UHGV virus genome: UHGV-0166076
DNA length: 42,150 nucleotides
Reading direction: 5' to 3' (one strand)
Source of the DNA: a virus
This document shows, in pieces, positions 19,295-27,664 of the stretch. Each line of letters starts with the position of its first letter. Within the stretch, counting starts at the first letter, position 1. A model generated the notes under the pieces. It worked only from the letters and a program-made list of their open reading frames with translations. It had not been told where the DNA came from and did not search any database. A program made the translations under genes and the position numbers.

Positions 19295-20600
19295 CTGGTC
19301 CACCTCCGAACATGCTATTCATCACAGCATCTTCTCTTTGCTGATTTTCTTCCTCGATTTTTTTTATCTCTTCCTTCACATTATCTACGATAGAAAGCGT
19401 TTTAAGCTGGGTATCCTGTGACACAATTCCCTCCAAATTGCCTGCAATCTGAGTCTCTTCCAAGATATTTGCTGGAAAGTTTGGCGTAAAATGTGGATGA
19501 ATCAACACAAAATCGTCTTTTTTCATTCCAGATACAGGATTACTAAAAATCAATCTGTATCTTCGATTCATTCCAGCAGAAAACTTTCGTTCTTTTGTTT
19601 TTTCCAGATTGCTCATTGCCTGCAACTTGTACTTTAAGGCGATGCCGGATGTAGTTCCAAAGTTTTCATCCGAAATGTTAGCTACCATGCTGATCTGAAA
19701 AATCAACTTTTCCAGTCTGTCAATCAGATGCTCTTGCGTATTATCTCCGTCCGGCTTGCTCATAAATTCAACGATCACATTCTCTGTATCTCCGTCAAGG
19801 TTTATAATCCTGTTATCTCTAATATGTTCCGTTTCGTCATTTCCCAGGAGAGTCCCAAGTATTTTCAGGTATGCATCTGCAAAATAATCTACATCATTCG
19901 CTTTTTCGGAGATCGTCTTATTATATGCATTTATCATCGTCATAACCGGCTCAAAAATCCCAATCCGTTCCGCGTTCTCCACGAATTCTGCTGCCGGAAC
20001 ACCATCGAAACCATGAATCTTTTCTTCTGTCTCCCATACAATACGTCCTTTTAATACAAACCACTTAACCTTTTGTTGATCTGATACACTACCATGTAAT
20101 ACCTGATCCGCATCCGTGTACAGCCTCACAAAATAACGTTCCTTACTGAGTACAGAATCATCGTACACCATAAATGCATCCATCGGAGAAAGATATGTAA
20201 TCCCGATGTTGCCAAGATCATCTACATAATACATTTCATATCCTTTTCCGTATATGCTACATATTTTTGACAATTCCGCGTTGTTATCGTCCTGGTTATT
20301 ATACTGATCCAAAAATTCAACATATTTCTCAACATCTTCATTCCCGTCCACAGACAACTTGATTGGATTCCCAATAAAAAATCCATTCATGGTATCCACA
20401 ATATATTTTGCAAAATTTACTGCAATACGGTTATCCGGCTTCCATCTTGGTTTTTTAGGCTCGTAAAAAATCGGATAATCTGTTTCATACGCCTTTCGAA
20501 GTTCCTCATACCGAAAAACACATTCTGCGCGATGTCTCTCTATAAACTGACCAAGCGTCTCATCTGTCAGTTCTTCTTCCGATGAAATCCTGTATATCAT
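19242..20600 (-). CDS. Portal protein (SPP1 Gp6-like).
   Basis: 452 aa, immediately downstream of the large terminase with a 1-nt gap. Confidence 0.85.
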   Translation of the reverse strand: MIYRISSEEELTDETLGQFIERHRAECVFRYEELRKAYETDYPIFYEPKKPRWKPDNRIAVNFAKYIVDTMNGFFIGNPIKLSVDGNEDVEKYVEFLDQYNNQDDNNAELSKICSIYGKGYEMYYVDDLGNIGITYLSPMDAFMVYDDSVLSKERYFVRLYTDADQVLHGSVSDQQKVKWFVLKGRIVWETEEKIHGFDGVPAAEFVENAERIGIFEPVMTMINAYNKTISEKANDVDYFADAYLKILGTLLGNDETEHIRDNRIINLDGDTENVIVEFMSKPDGDNTQEHLIDRLEKLIFQISMVANISDENFGTTSGIALKYKLQAMSNLEKTKERKFSAGMNRRYRLIFSNPVSGMKKDDFVLIHPHFTPNFPANILEETQIAGNLEGIVSQDTQLKTLSIVDNVKEEIKKIEEENQQREDAVMNSMFGGGPGEQSGVLERKRSRAEET

Positions 20601-21860
20601 CTATAATCCTCCCTGAATCGTTCGATTTAGTCTCACTGGCACTCGTCTCTCCTGCTCAATGGAATACCGAAGCATTGCCATTGCGTCATCAAAGAAATTC
20701 ACTGGCTCGTCTGTGAAAGTATTTGTCTTCTCATCCTTCTTCCATTTCCACTGCTGAATCTCTTTGATTGTGTTTACGCAAGATGGATGAATGTAGATGG
20801 TGTGCTGTTTTAGGTAATCAATCTGTGCTTTTACGCTGTTTGGCTCTTTCTTTACCGGACGCGCTCTGTATCCTGCTTTCTGCCACATCTTAATCCTGTC
20901 TGGCTCAGCAGAATCGCAATACATGGTAATTCGCTTCTGGAATTTTCCCTCGGCCATCTGTATGATCTCTGATGTATCTTTTTCAAATACATACAATTCC
21001 CGGCATAAGTAGATATCTCCATCTTTGAATCCAACCTCCCCGATACAGTTCGCATGGTTGAATCCAAAATCCTGTGAATTTACCATGTAATCGAATCTTT
21101 CTGGGGATGTGTCGAATTCCTCAATCACATAATTTGTAAGAATCAGACCTCCGGTCTCTCCCCATTCACCAAGTCCGTAAATCCGATATCCGTCCGGATC
21201 CCGTTCTTTACGCATCATCATACGCCGGTGATATGCTTCGTCTATGAACCGGTTCTGCAGGTACGTGGACTGATGTGTGTATACATCATCACTTTTTATG
21301 TCAAAATATTTCGCTTTTAACCAGTGCGTTGCTGACACCGGATTGAAGCTGAATGTAATCTGGTAATACAAAAATGGATTGAATGACAAGTCACCTCTGA
21401 GTCGGTCATCGAGAATATCGACATCCGCTTCGTAAAGCTCCGTTGCTTCTTCAATCCATATCCATGTTAATTTTCCGACATCAAATGTGATAGACTTTAC
21501 TTTTTCTCGCTGTCCATCATCTTTCATCCCTCGGAAAATCACTTTATTTCCTGTCACTTTCGAGATCAGCTCCATTGGATTACTTCTGATCTGCCAGAAT
21601 AATCCTGCTTTATCCCCGTATATTTTATATATTGCACTCTTTAGCTCCGCATAAGTACTATCTTTGTTTGTTGTGTCTACTTTCCGGACGCACAGAAGAT
21701 TCGCACCTTTGTACTTCGGATCACCAAGTTTGATGATAAAATTCTGTGCAATGTTTACTGACTTCCCAGAACCGGCAGAGCCTTTTGCCAATCGGTATCG
21801 TTTCTTGCACTCATTGAATTCTTTAAAATTTCTGTTAAATCCAACATTAACTTCCTTCAT
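20601..21860 (-). CDS. terL: Terminase large subunit (PBSX family).
   Basis: Walker A motif GSAGSGKS, about 420 aa. Start probably the ATG at 21860 behind GGTGA. Overlaps the end of the terminase small subunit gene. Confidence 0.9.
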   Translation of the reverse strand: MKEVNVGFNRNFKEFNECKKRYRLAKGSAGSGKSVNIAQNFIIKLGDPKYKGANLLCVRKVDTTNKDSTYAELKSAIYKIYGDKAGLFWQIRSNPMELISKVTGNKVIFRGMKDDGQREKVKSITFDVGKLTWIWIEEATELYEADVDILDDRLRGDLSFNPFLYYQITFSFNPVSATHWLKAKYFDIKSDDVYTHQSTYLQNRFIDEAYHRRMMMRKERDPDGYRIYGLGEWGETGGLILTNYVIEEFDTSPERFDYMVNSQDFGFNHANCIGEVGFKDGDIYLCRELYVFEKDTSEIIQMAEGKFQKRITMYCDSAEPDRIKMWQKAGYRARPVKKEPNSVKAQIDYLKQHTIYIHPSCVNTIKEIQQWKWKKDEKTNTFTDEPVNFFDDAMAMLRYSIEQERRVPVRLNRTIQGGL

Positions 21861-22416
21861 CTTCATCACCATAGTCTACTACAATCTTCATGTCCATATC
21901 TCCTGCTACATCCAGCTTGTCATTCCACATACCTAAATGCCTGCCGAGAAGCTCGAGCGCCTTTACCTTGTCGCAGGGCTTCTGTTCCAATCCATCGCGC
22001 CCCTTTTTAATCGTTCCGAGGGCTCGCCGCTGTTCCTCAGTAAGGTTATCTGTAAGCTCCAATTCTACGGTCCGATACAGAATCGGTTCTCCGTCTTCTC
22101 CTACGAGCGGAATAATATTTCCATCTACTTCTGCTGTAGCCTGTTTCTCAACTACTTTCGCGTAGTCTGAAGCCTTGGAAAAAGCAATGGCAGCCAGTTC
22201 ATTTAAAACTCGATCCTGCGTGATCTCCGTCCGCTTCTGCCGCTCTTCCATTCTTTCGGTAATATATTCTGCAACCTTAGCATTTCTTAGCAACTTACTT
22301 CCATTTACTGCTGCTGACTCTTCTTTCTTTACGCTTGGATATGCGACGCGGTAAGCCCGTGTGGCATTTAGATCAATCAAGTACTCATCTGCAAATATTT
22401 TCTGTTTTTCTGTCAT
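21847..22416 (-). CDS. terS: Terminase small subunit (Terminase_2 family).
   Basis: Start refined to MTEKQKIFADEYLIDLNATRAYRVAY, the family signature, behind an AGGTGGTGAG RBS. Confidence 0.8.
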   Translation of the reverse strand: MTEKQKIFADEYLIDLNATRAYRVAYPSVKKEESAAVNGSKLLRNAKVAEYITERMEERQKRTEITQDRVLNELAAIAFSKASDYAKVVEKQATAEVDGNIIPLVGEDGEPILYRTVELELTDNLTEEQRRALGTIKKGRDGLEQKPCDKVKALELLGRHLGMWNDKLDVAGDMDMKIVVDYGDEDEGS

Positions 22417-22485
22417 AGGACTCACCACCTTCCAATCTGTTAATTTAATACATAGAAAAAGAGACACCGAAGTGCCTCTGAACTT

Positions 22486-22743
22486 TTACAACTCTTTTGC
22501 TATCTCTATCGCTTCTTGACTCAATTGATTTCCCTGACTATTCCATCCTTTTTCATTATTCCTTCCGCCATGTACTGAATAATGATTCGGAAGGAACCCG
22601 CGATCTATAAAATTATTTACTATCTCACGAAATTCTTCTAGCTCTATTCCTAATTTTCTCCCAGTTACCCTATCCATCTTACGCGGCTCATCACATACAG
22701 CCTGATAAAATGCTTTTAAAACTTTCTTTTCATTATCTGTCAT
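22486..22743 (-). CDS. Hypothetical protein (85 aa).
   Basis: Start refined to MTDNEKKVLKAF, with a TGGAGGA RBS inside the longer ORF. Confidence 0.45.
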   Translation of the reverse strand: MTDNEKKVLKAFYQAVCDEPRKMDRVTGRKLGIELEEFREIVNNFIDRGFLPNHYSVHGGRNNEKGWNSQGNQLSQEAIEIAKEL

Positions 22744-22941
22744 GTCTGTCCTCCATTTTAATACAATTCCTTTTTGCCAAACGTCTTTCTTGCACCTTAC
22801 TTGATAATAAAATTTCAGAATACAATGCAAAGTCGTTTTAACTTCTCGGAACTCTATTAACTTTAAAAGGTGCTTATACATCTGGCTGTTACATCTATTC
22901 CAACAACAGCGCTATCGATATGCTTAGTATACCATATCATT

Positions 22942-22985
22942 TTAGCACTCGCAACAAAAGAGTGCTAATTTATAATTTTTTAATA
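22942..22985 (+). terminator. Terminator-like hairpin, oriented on the plus strand.
   Basis: Perfect 9-bp stem TTAGCACTC ... GAGTGCTAA with a 9-nt loop, followed by TTTATAATTTTTTAAT. Confidence 0.4.
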
Positions 22986-22989
22986 TTTA

Positions 22990-23073
22990 GGACTACTGCA
23001 AAATGTAAATGACAACAAAAAGCCAAAATAACTCAACACAAAATCTATAAGAAAGAGGAACTTGCAGTAGTCC
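22990..23073. repeat. Perfect 12-bp inverted repeat GGACTACTGCAA / TTGCAGTAGTCC separated by a 60-nt A-rich spacer.
   Basis: Read directly from the sequence. Abuts the 3' end of the tRNA at 23078. Confidence 0.6.
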
Positions 23074-23077
23074 ACAG

Positions 23078-23151
23078 TCCGAACAACGGGAGTCGAACCC
23101 ATGACACACAGCTTATAAGGCTGCTGCTCTAACCAACTGAGCTATGTCCGG
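23078..23151 (-). tRNA. tRNA with anticodon UAU, resembling tRNA-Ile2 and reading AUA.
   Basis: Manual cloverleaf: acceptor CCGGACA/TGTTCGG, D arm GCTC-AGTTGGTTA-GAGC, anticodon arm GCAGC-CTTATAA-GCTGT, T arm ATGGG-TTCGACT-CCCGT, discriminator A. No encoded CCA. Confidence 0.75.
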
Positions 23152-23348
23152 TAGGATGCCTTTTATTGACATCCTTTACCCTATCCGCAATCGGGTACGC
23201 TGATTACACTAAATATAGATTGCTGAATCTATTTTTGTTTGTTTTGCAGATCTGCGGATATCTGCGTTTTGGTACCATTGCAATGTAAGTCCGGTGTGCA
23301 CTCCCAGAACAGACCTCAGCTGTGCAGCCTGTATACTCACATCACAAA

Positions 23349-23417
23349 GCGGAGCACCTGGAATCGAACCAAGGACGCGGCGATACCCCGCACATCTACC
23401 ACTGATGCTATACTCCG
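23349..23417 (-). tRNA. tRNA-like element, non-canonical or degenerate, anticodon ambiguous.
   Basis: Clear D-loop (CAGTGGTAG), T-arm (CTTGG-TTCGATT-CCAGG) and acceptor pairing (CGGAGTA/TGCTCCG). Only about 69 nt, and the anticodon and variable regions do not fold canonically. Confidence 0.4.
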
Positions 23418-23561
23418 CATAAAAACACCGCCAGACGAGAAAGGGCAGAAGTCCGGCGGTGTTCCGAATGTTGTTTGGAAAGCTTTTGGAGTCTTTCTTC
23501 TAACTCCATGTTATACTATATATTATTTAAAGCGGACAATGTGGACAAAACGGACAAACTT

Positions 23562-23978
23562 CTATTTTTCTTTCATCCACCTCTGAAATTCTTTCCTTGC
23601 GCTTTCCCCTGTGCAATTTCCTTTCATCTTCGCAGCTACTTCATCCCATGTCAGTCCTTGCATCACCTTGAACCGGATAATCCTCTGCATCCTTACCGGA
23701 GCTTTATTGATTACTCGCTCTGCTTTTACTTTAATCCGCTTTGCGTTCAGCTTTCGTTCTTCCAACAACCGTTCCTCTTCGTCTATATTCACCGTGTTCT
23801 CTATACATCCAGAGATATTAAAGCTCTGCGGTTGGTACGGAAACTCTGGATTGCTGCCTGTCACTTTATCCTGTACGATTGACTTTCTTCTGTGCCGTCT
23901 GATATCTTCCTCTGTCTCTTTCACAAGTGCTTTCGCATCCATGTACTCATAGATTATATTCTTATCCACCTCAATCAC
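23562..23978 (-). CDS. ArpU-family-like late transcriptional regulator (sigma-70 region-4-like C-terminus).
   Basis: 138 aa immediately upstream of the tRNAs and terminase. C-terminus has RMQRIIRFKVMQGLTWDEVAAKMKGNCTGESARKEFQRWMKE. Confidence 0.45.
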   Translation of the reverse strand: MIEVDKNIIYEYMDAKALVKETEEDIRRHRRKSIVQDKVTGSNPEFPYQPQSFNISGCIENTVNIDEEERLLEERKLNAKRIKVKAERVINKAPVRMQRIIRFKVMQGLTWDEVAAKMKGNCTGESARKEFQRWMKEK

Positions 23979-24195
23979 CTCCCGGAATTGGCTTTTTGAT
24001 GTTGTACTTGCTTGCTATGTATCCTAGAGTGTCCGTATTTGTTCTGTCAGCCCTTTTAAAATCACAGGCAAAGGCTTTATGCTCCTGTTGCTTTAAAGCT
24101 GTCTCACAGGGCTTTCTCGTTGCCATATCATGTGCTTCAATCTTACGGATGACTCCCGCTGTCTCCTTTCTGCGTTTCAGGGTATCTCTTGTCAT
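23971..24195 (-). CDS. Hypothetical protein (74 aa).
   Basis: ORF overlapping its neighbours by 4 to 8 nt. Confidence 0.4.
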   Translation of the reverse strand: MTRDTLKRRKETAGVIRKIEAHDMATRKPCETALKQQEHKAFACDFKRADRTNTDTLGYIASKYNIKKPIPGGD

Positions 24196-24797
24196 TCCTG
24201 CACCACCTCAATATCTTCTCCTGTCAGCTCTTCAAGCTTCTGTCGCATTTCCTCGATGGTCATTTTCTTTGGTTCTTTGCGCTCCCAGATGAGTTCGAGG
24301 TTGCGATCACAGAACGCTTTTTCTATGGTTCCTAGTGATTCATGGATAATTCTATAGACCTTGACGATATCCCCGTCTCTGTTGGTACCGCACCACTTCA
24401 AATTATTTGTATATCTGCTGATTTCATTGTGTCCGCATTCTCTTACGGCCACCCCAGCTAATACAAGATACCTATTCCCATTTCTCTGTTCAACTACCAT
24501 TCCGTCTTTTAAATCTGACTTTGTAAATTCTTTCTGCATGTAATCACCACATTCCAAGATTTTATAATTGTACTTTTCTGCAAAATCACGAGACGAATAT
24601 TCTCCGTTTCCGTAATAACACGTTCCTTCGTGGTGCGTATTATAATTTGTATTTTTCAAATAACTTTCTCCGTTACACCACTTCATTCCATGTTCGTGCA
24701 TCTGCCTGCAGAAATCTTTTGCTTCTTCTTCGGTCTTGCAATTCACCGCAATCTTATTGTCTTTATTTTTAAATTCATCCCAGTTAAATTTTCTCAT
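24192..24797 (-). CDS. Hypothetical Cys/His-rich protein.
   Basis: Start refined to MRKFNWDEF behind a GAGGTAG RBS. Confidence 0.45.
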   Translation of the reverse strand: MRKFNWDEFKNKDNKIAVNCKTEEEAKDFCRQMHEHGMKWCNGESYLKNTNYNTHHEGTCYYGNGEYSSRDFAEKYNYKILECGDYMQKEFTKSDLKDGMVVEQRNGNRYLVLAGVAVRECGHNEISRYTNNLKWCGTNRDGDIVKVYRIIHESLGTIEKAFCDRNLELIWERKEPKKMTIEEMRQKLEELTGEDIEVVQE

Positions 24798-24802
24798 ATT
24801 TT

Positions 24803-24994
24803 CTACCTCGCTATCTTTCGCACGATCCAATCCAAAAACACCACAAATAACAGTATCGGGAATCCCGCAGCCATCAGGTAATCCGCACCTTCTAGTTTTA
24901 CATCCTCTTCCAATCCTGTCTTTAGGGCAATCACTGTTCCAAGCCCCAGGATGTAATACAGGGCTAGGAATGCGATTGTGATTAAAATGTCCAT
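24803..24994 (-). CDS. Small membrane protein (two TM helices).
   Basis: Start refined to MDILITIAFLALYYILGLG behind a CAAGGAGGAATAAC RBS. Confidence 0.5.
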   Translation of the reverse strand: MDILITIAFLALYYILGLGTVIALKTGLEEDVKLEGADYLMAAGFPILLFVVFLDWIVRKIAR

Positions 24995-24995
24995 G

Positions 24996-25433
24996 TTATT
25001 CCTCCTTGTATGGTTCTGGAAATGGCTGCCATGCAACAACTTCTTTCTTATTTGCTTCTATGAACTCATTATAAAATTCTTCGTAAATATACCATCGATC
25101 GTCTCTAACTCTGTAAAAACCACACTTAACAGCTCCATATGATGTTTGCACATTCAGCAATGGATAATATTTACCATCACCAGCTTCCGGCAATTTATCA
25201 CTTACCGGAATCCAACCGTTTTTACTAGGGACATTTGTGTCCTTGGCTAACTCTAAATACTTCTTCATTTTACGAATTGCTTGCACTATCACGCCATCAT
25301 CGCAATTGCATATACCATCTTCCACGTCAAAGCAAGCACCTTCGCATTGATTAAAGCATTTTTCATTTTCTTCTATTAGTTCTTTGATCGCTACAATTTC
25401 TTTTTCTTCCAAAATCTTCTCTAGTACGTTCAT
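24996..25433 (-). CDS. DUF551-like phage protein.
   Basis: C-terminal WIPVSDKLPE...VVAWQPFPEPYK pattern. Confidence 0.5.
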   Translation of the reverse strand: MNVLEKILEEKEIVAIKELIEENEKCFNQCEGACFDVEDGICNCDDGVIVQAIRKMKKYLELAKDTNVPSKNGWIPVSDKLPEAGDGKYYPLLNVQTSYGAVKCGFYRVRDDRWYIYEEFYNEFIEANKKEVVAWQPFPEPYKEE

Positions 25434-25618
25434 TCCGTATCCTCCTTATCCACATACTTCTCTACGACATCTGCTGCACAAGTCAGCCCATAAATATAGC
25501 TTTCCAGCTCTTCTGCTGTTTTGCTCGCTCCGTGTTTTCGCTTTTCTTCTTTCAACGTTTCGTAGGCATCATTTTTCATGGATTCGATTTCTTCCACGAT
25601 TTTCTCCGGTATATTCAT
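25430..25618 (-). CDS. Hypothetical small protein.
   Basis: Start refined to MNIPEKIVEEI behind a GGAGAGG RBS. Confidence 0.4.
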   Translation of the reverse strand: MNIPEKIVEEIESMKNDAYETLKEEKRKHGASKTAEELESYIYGLTCAADVVEKYVDKEDTE

Positions 25619-25784
25619 TTTTCCTCTCCACTTCATTGTCGTATTTCAGGCACTTTCCATCCTTGTACGCTATGCATCGCTCTTTAATGCACGGATTTAA
25701 TACTGGTCTGACAAAATCTCCATTTCCTACGAGCATTGCTTTTACCTCTTCTTTTCCGACTAAATCAGGGCAAAATAAAATCAT
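25569..25784 (-). CDS. Hypothetical small Cys-rich protein.
   Basis: Start refined to MILFCPDLV, ATGA-coupled to the methyltransferase stop, behind a GGGGTGGAG RBS. Confidence 0.4.
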   Translation of the reverse strand: MILFCPDLVGKEEVKAMLVGNGDFVRPVLNPCIKERCIAYKDGKCLKYDNEVERKNEYTGENRGRNRIHEK

Positions 25785-26413
25785 CACTCCACCCCTTTCA
25801 TATAGCATCCCCAGAATGTCTTACTCTTCTTTCCACTTCTGTGTCCAAATAATGGCTTCTGTCCAATTGCATCCCATACTTCGCTTGCCGGTATGTCATA
25901 CTCGCTCCACTTAAAAATCAGTACCCCGTCTTCTTTTAGAACCCTCATGCATTCAGTAAATCCATCATGTAACATTTTTCTCCAGTTTTCTCCAAGTTTC
26001 CCATACTTCTTGGCTAGCCATGCAGTCTCTCCAACTTTCTTTAGGTGCGGAGGATCAAATACTACCAGTGAAAAGCTATCATCTCCAAACGGAAGATTCG
26101 TAAAATCGCACTGTATGTCTGGATCTATAGAACACAACCTTTCAGACGCTTTCCAGATTCCGGAAAAAGATTCCCTTCTCTTGTCACAATATATTACGGA
26201 CGGGTTTTCTTTATCGAACCAAATCGTCTTGGATCCACAGGTTGCATCTAATATTTTCTTTCCCTTGCAATCTTCCTCATATTCCGGACACTCCGCACAA
26301 TACTCATACCGGTCCATTCTTGCGCACTGCTCTTTGCACACTTCGTTTTCTGGGCATTCTATGCAGCAACGATCGGATCCGCATATACTTGTTAATTTGC
26401 ATCTTCCCATCAT
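25784..26413 (-). CDS. DNA methyltransferase (amino-MTase with a DPPH motif) and an N-terminal Cys-rich zinc-finger-like region.
   Basis: Motif I ILDATCGS and motif IV VVFDPPH. Start refined to MMGRC directly after the Lar stop, behind a GGAGGG RBS. Confidence 0.6.
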   Translation of the reverse strand: MMGRCKLTSICGSDRCCIECPENEVCKEQCARMDRYEYCAECPEYEEDCKGKKILDATCGSKTIWFDKENPSVIYCDKRRESFSGIWKASERLCSIDPDIQCDFTNLPFGDDSFSLVVFDPPHLKKVGETAWLAKKYGKLGENWRKMLHDGFTECMRVLKEDGVLIFKWSEYDIPASEVWDAIGQKPLFGHRSGKKSKTFWGCYMKGVE

Positions 26414-26415
26414 AG

Positions 26416-26601
26416 CTATTTCACCCTCCTGTTCCATTTCCCTATAGCAGTAGTTTCTAAAGCATATCTTCGCGTTGCGACTCCGCATTCTTCGCAGTAC
26501 ACGAAAGCTGATATAACTTTTTCGTCAAATCCATAATGGATTTTCAGTGTCGCTTCTCCACCACAAAACGGACATTTCTTTAATTCTTCCATGTTACTCA
26601 C
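26416..26601 (-). CDS. lar: Lar-family restriction-alleviation protein (zinc ribbon).
   Basis: 61 aa. Has KKCPFCGGEA...YCEECGV, the Lar family pattern. Confidence 0.6.
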   Translation of the reverse strand: MSNMEELKKCPFCGGEATLKIHYGFDEKVISAFVYCEECGVATRRYALETTAIGKWNRRVK

Positions 26602-26851
26602 TCCAATCTAATCTCTGTCCACAATGATTGCAGCAATCAGAATCCCAATGACAAAACATTTCTATATCTGCCATATTTCCAAACAGTCTTTTGCATCTAG
26701 GACACGACGCTTGTCCATTCCAGTTTTCTACTTTCTTCGGCAACTGCTTTTCTAGTGCTTCGATTGCTATTAGAAATGCATCAACATAATTGTTATAATC
26801 ACTTTTTTCTCTCGTTTTTGGTGGAAGTGAGCATAATGTTGCGTTATACAT
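26594..26851 (-). CDS. Small zinc-ribbon protein.
   Basis: CPRCKRLF...CCNHCGQ. Start probably at the internal MYNATLCS. Confidence 0.45.
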   Translation of the reverse strand: MYNATLCSLPPKTREKSDYNNYVDAFLIAIEALEKQLPKKVENWNGQASCPRCKRLFGNMADIEMFCHWDSDCCNHCGQRLDWSE

Positions 26852-27590
26852 GTATGTATAATTTCTTGTATTCCGGGAAGTCTGCAAATTCTTTGTATCG
26901 TTTCTTTCCTGCCATCACGCAACCAATGCACCCCACACGATCATATCCGCACTGGTACAGCTCGCACGTCTCTATTTTCTCGGAATTTATATATCCCCAG
27001 ATATCACTATGCGTCCAATCTATGATAGGATTTACAATCATTTTTTTCTGCTGCATACATAGCTCACTCATCCGTCTTCGTGCATCGTTATCCTCCATCA
27101 GCATTATCTTCGTAAATTTTTCTTTCTCTTTTTTGGTTTGTCAGAGCTTTTCAAACTCTTCCCTTTTCAATCTGGAAGTACTTTCGTCCCATCTTACTCC
27201 GGTTGCGATATACCGGTTTGCACATCCAGTTTCTTTCAGCGTAGAGCAACAGTATCTTACCAATCTTGTCGGCGGCATAAGCTTTTCGGGAATTAACCTC
27301 CACATGCTAATCAATTTTCCTTTATAACGTGGTTTTTCTATCTCGCACTTAATTCCATGCAGTTCCAGTTCTCGAAATACCTTCCGGATATGCCGAACTG
27401 TCTGTGGCGCATCTGCCGTTGTATGGCTGTTATGCACTTCAAACGGGATTCCGGATTTCTTAAAAATCTCTAACATCACATCACTATCCTTTCCTCCGCT
27501 ATACGTACAAACAAGCGGTCTACCATAGTGATGTAGACTCATTTCACTTGCCATTTTAATTCTTTCGATTGCTTTTTTCTCTTTATCCAT
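26844..27590 (-). pseudogene. PAPS-reductase-like ATP pyrophosphatase (DndC/BrxP/CysH superfamily) interrupted by one in-frame TGA.
   Basis: ORFs 27141..27590 (CTYSGGKDSDVMLEI P-loop) and 26844..27104 (IDWTHSDIWGYI ... GCIGCVMAGK) are in the same frame. They are separated only by TGA at 27141..27143 plus 12 sense codons. Confidence 0.7.
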
Positions 27591-27664
27591 TTTCTCAGAA
27601 GCCCGGTATACCCTTGCCCCGGCCGGAGGCTGGCTCCTTTCTATTTTCGCTTATTTTTTATAAC

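Noticed and set aside
23349-23417. Assigning a specific anticodon (UAU or AUC) to the second tRNA-like element.
   Set aside because: Each candidate fold violates U33, purine-37 or the minimum variable-loop length, so no identity is claimed.
25384-26447. Plus-strand ORFs 25384..25914 and 25893..26447.
   Set aside because: They are antisense to the tightly packed, translationally coupled methyltransferase and small-gene block, and have no RBS.
27141-27143. TGA as selenocysteine, or genome-wide TGA recoding, to explain the split PAPS-reductase gene.
   Set aside because: I could not see a SECIS-like stem-loop downstream. Many other genes terminate on TGA and all other long genes are intact, so recoding is excluded. 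A mutation or sequencing error is more parsimonious.
27591-27664. GC-rich segment (GCCCGGTATACCCTTGCCCCGGCCGGAGGCTGGC) between two early genes as a possible structured element or site.
   Set aside because: It does not form a convincing stable hairpin or extended dyad by hand folding. It is probably just a local GC island, so it is not reported as a feature.
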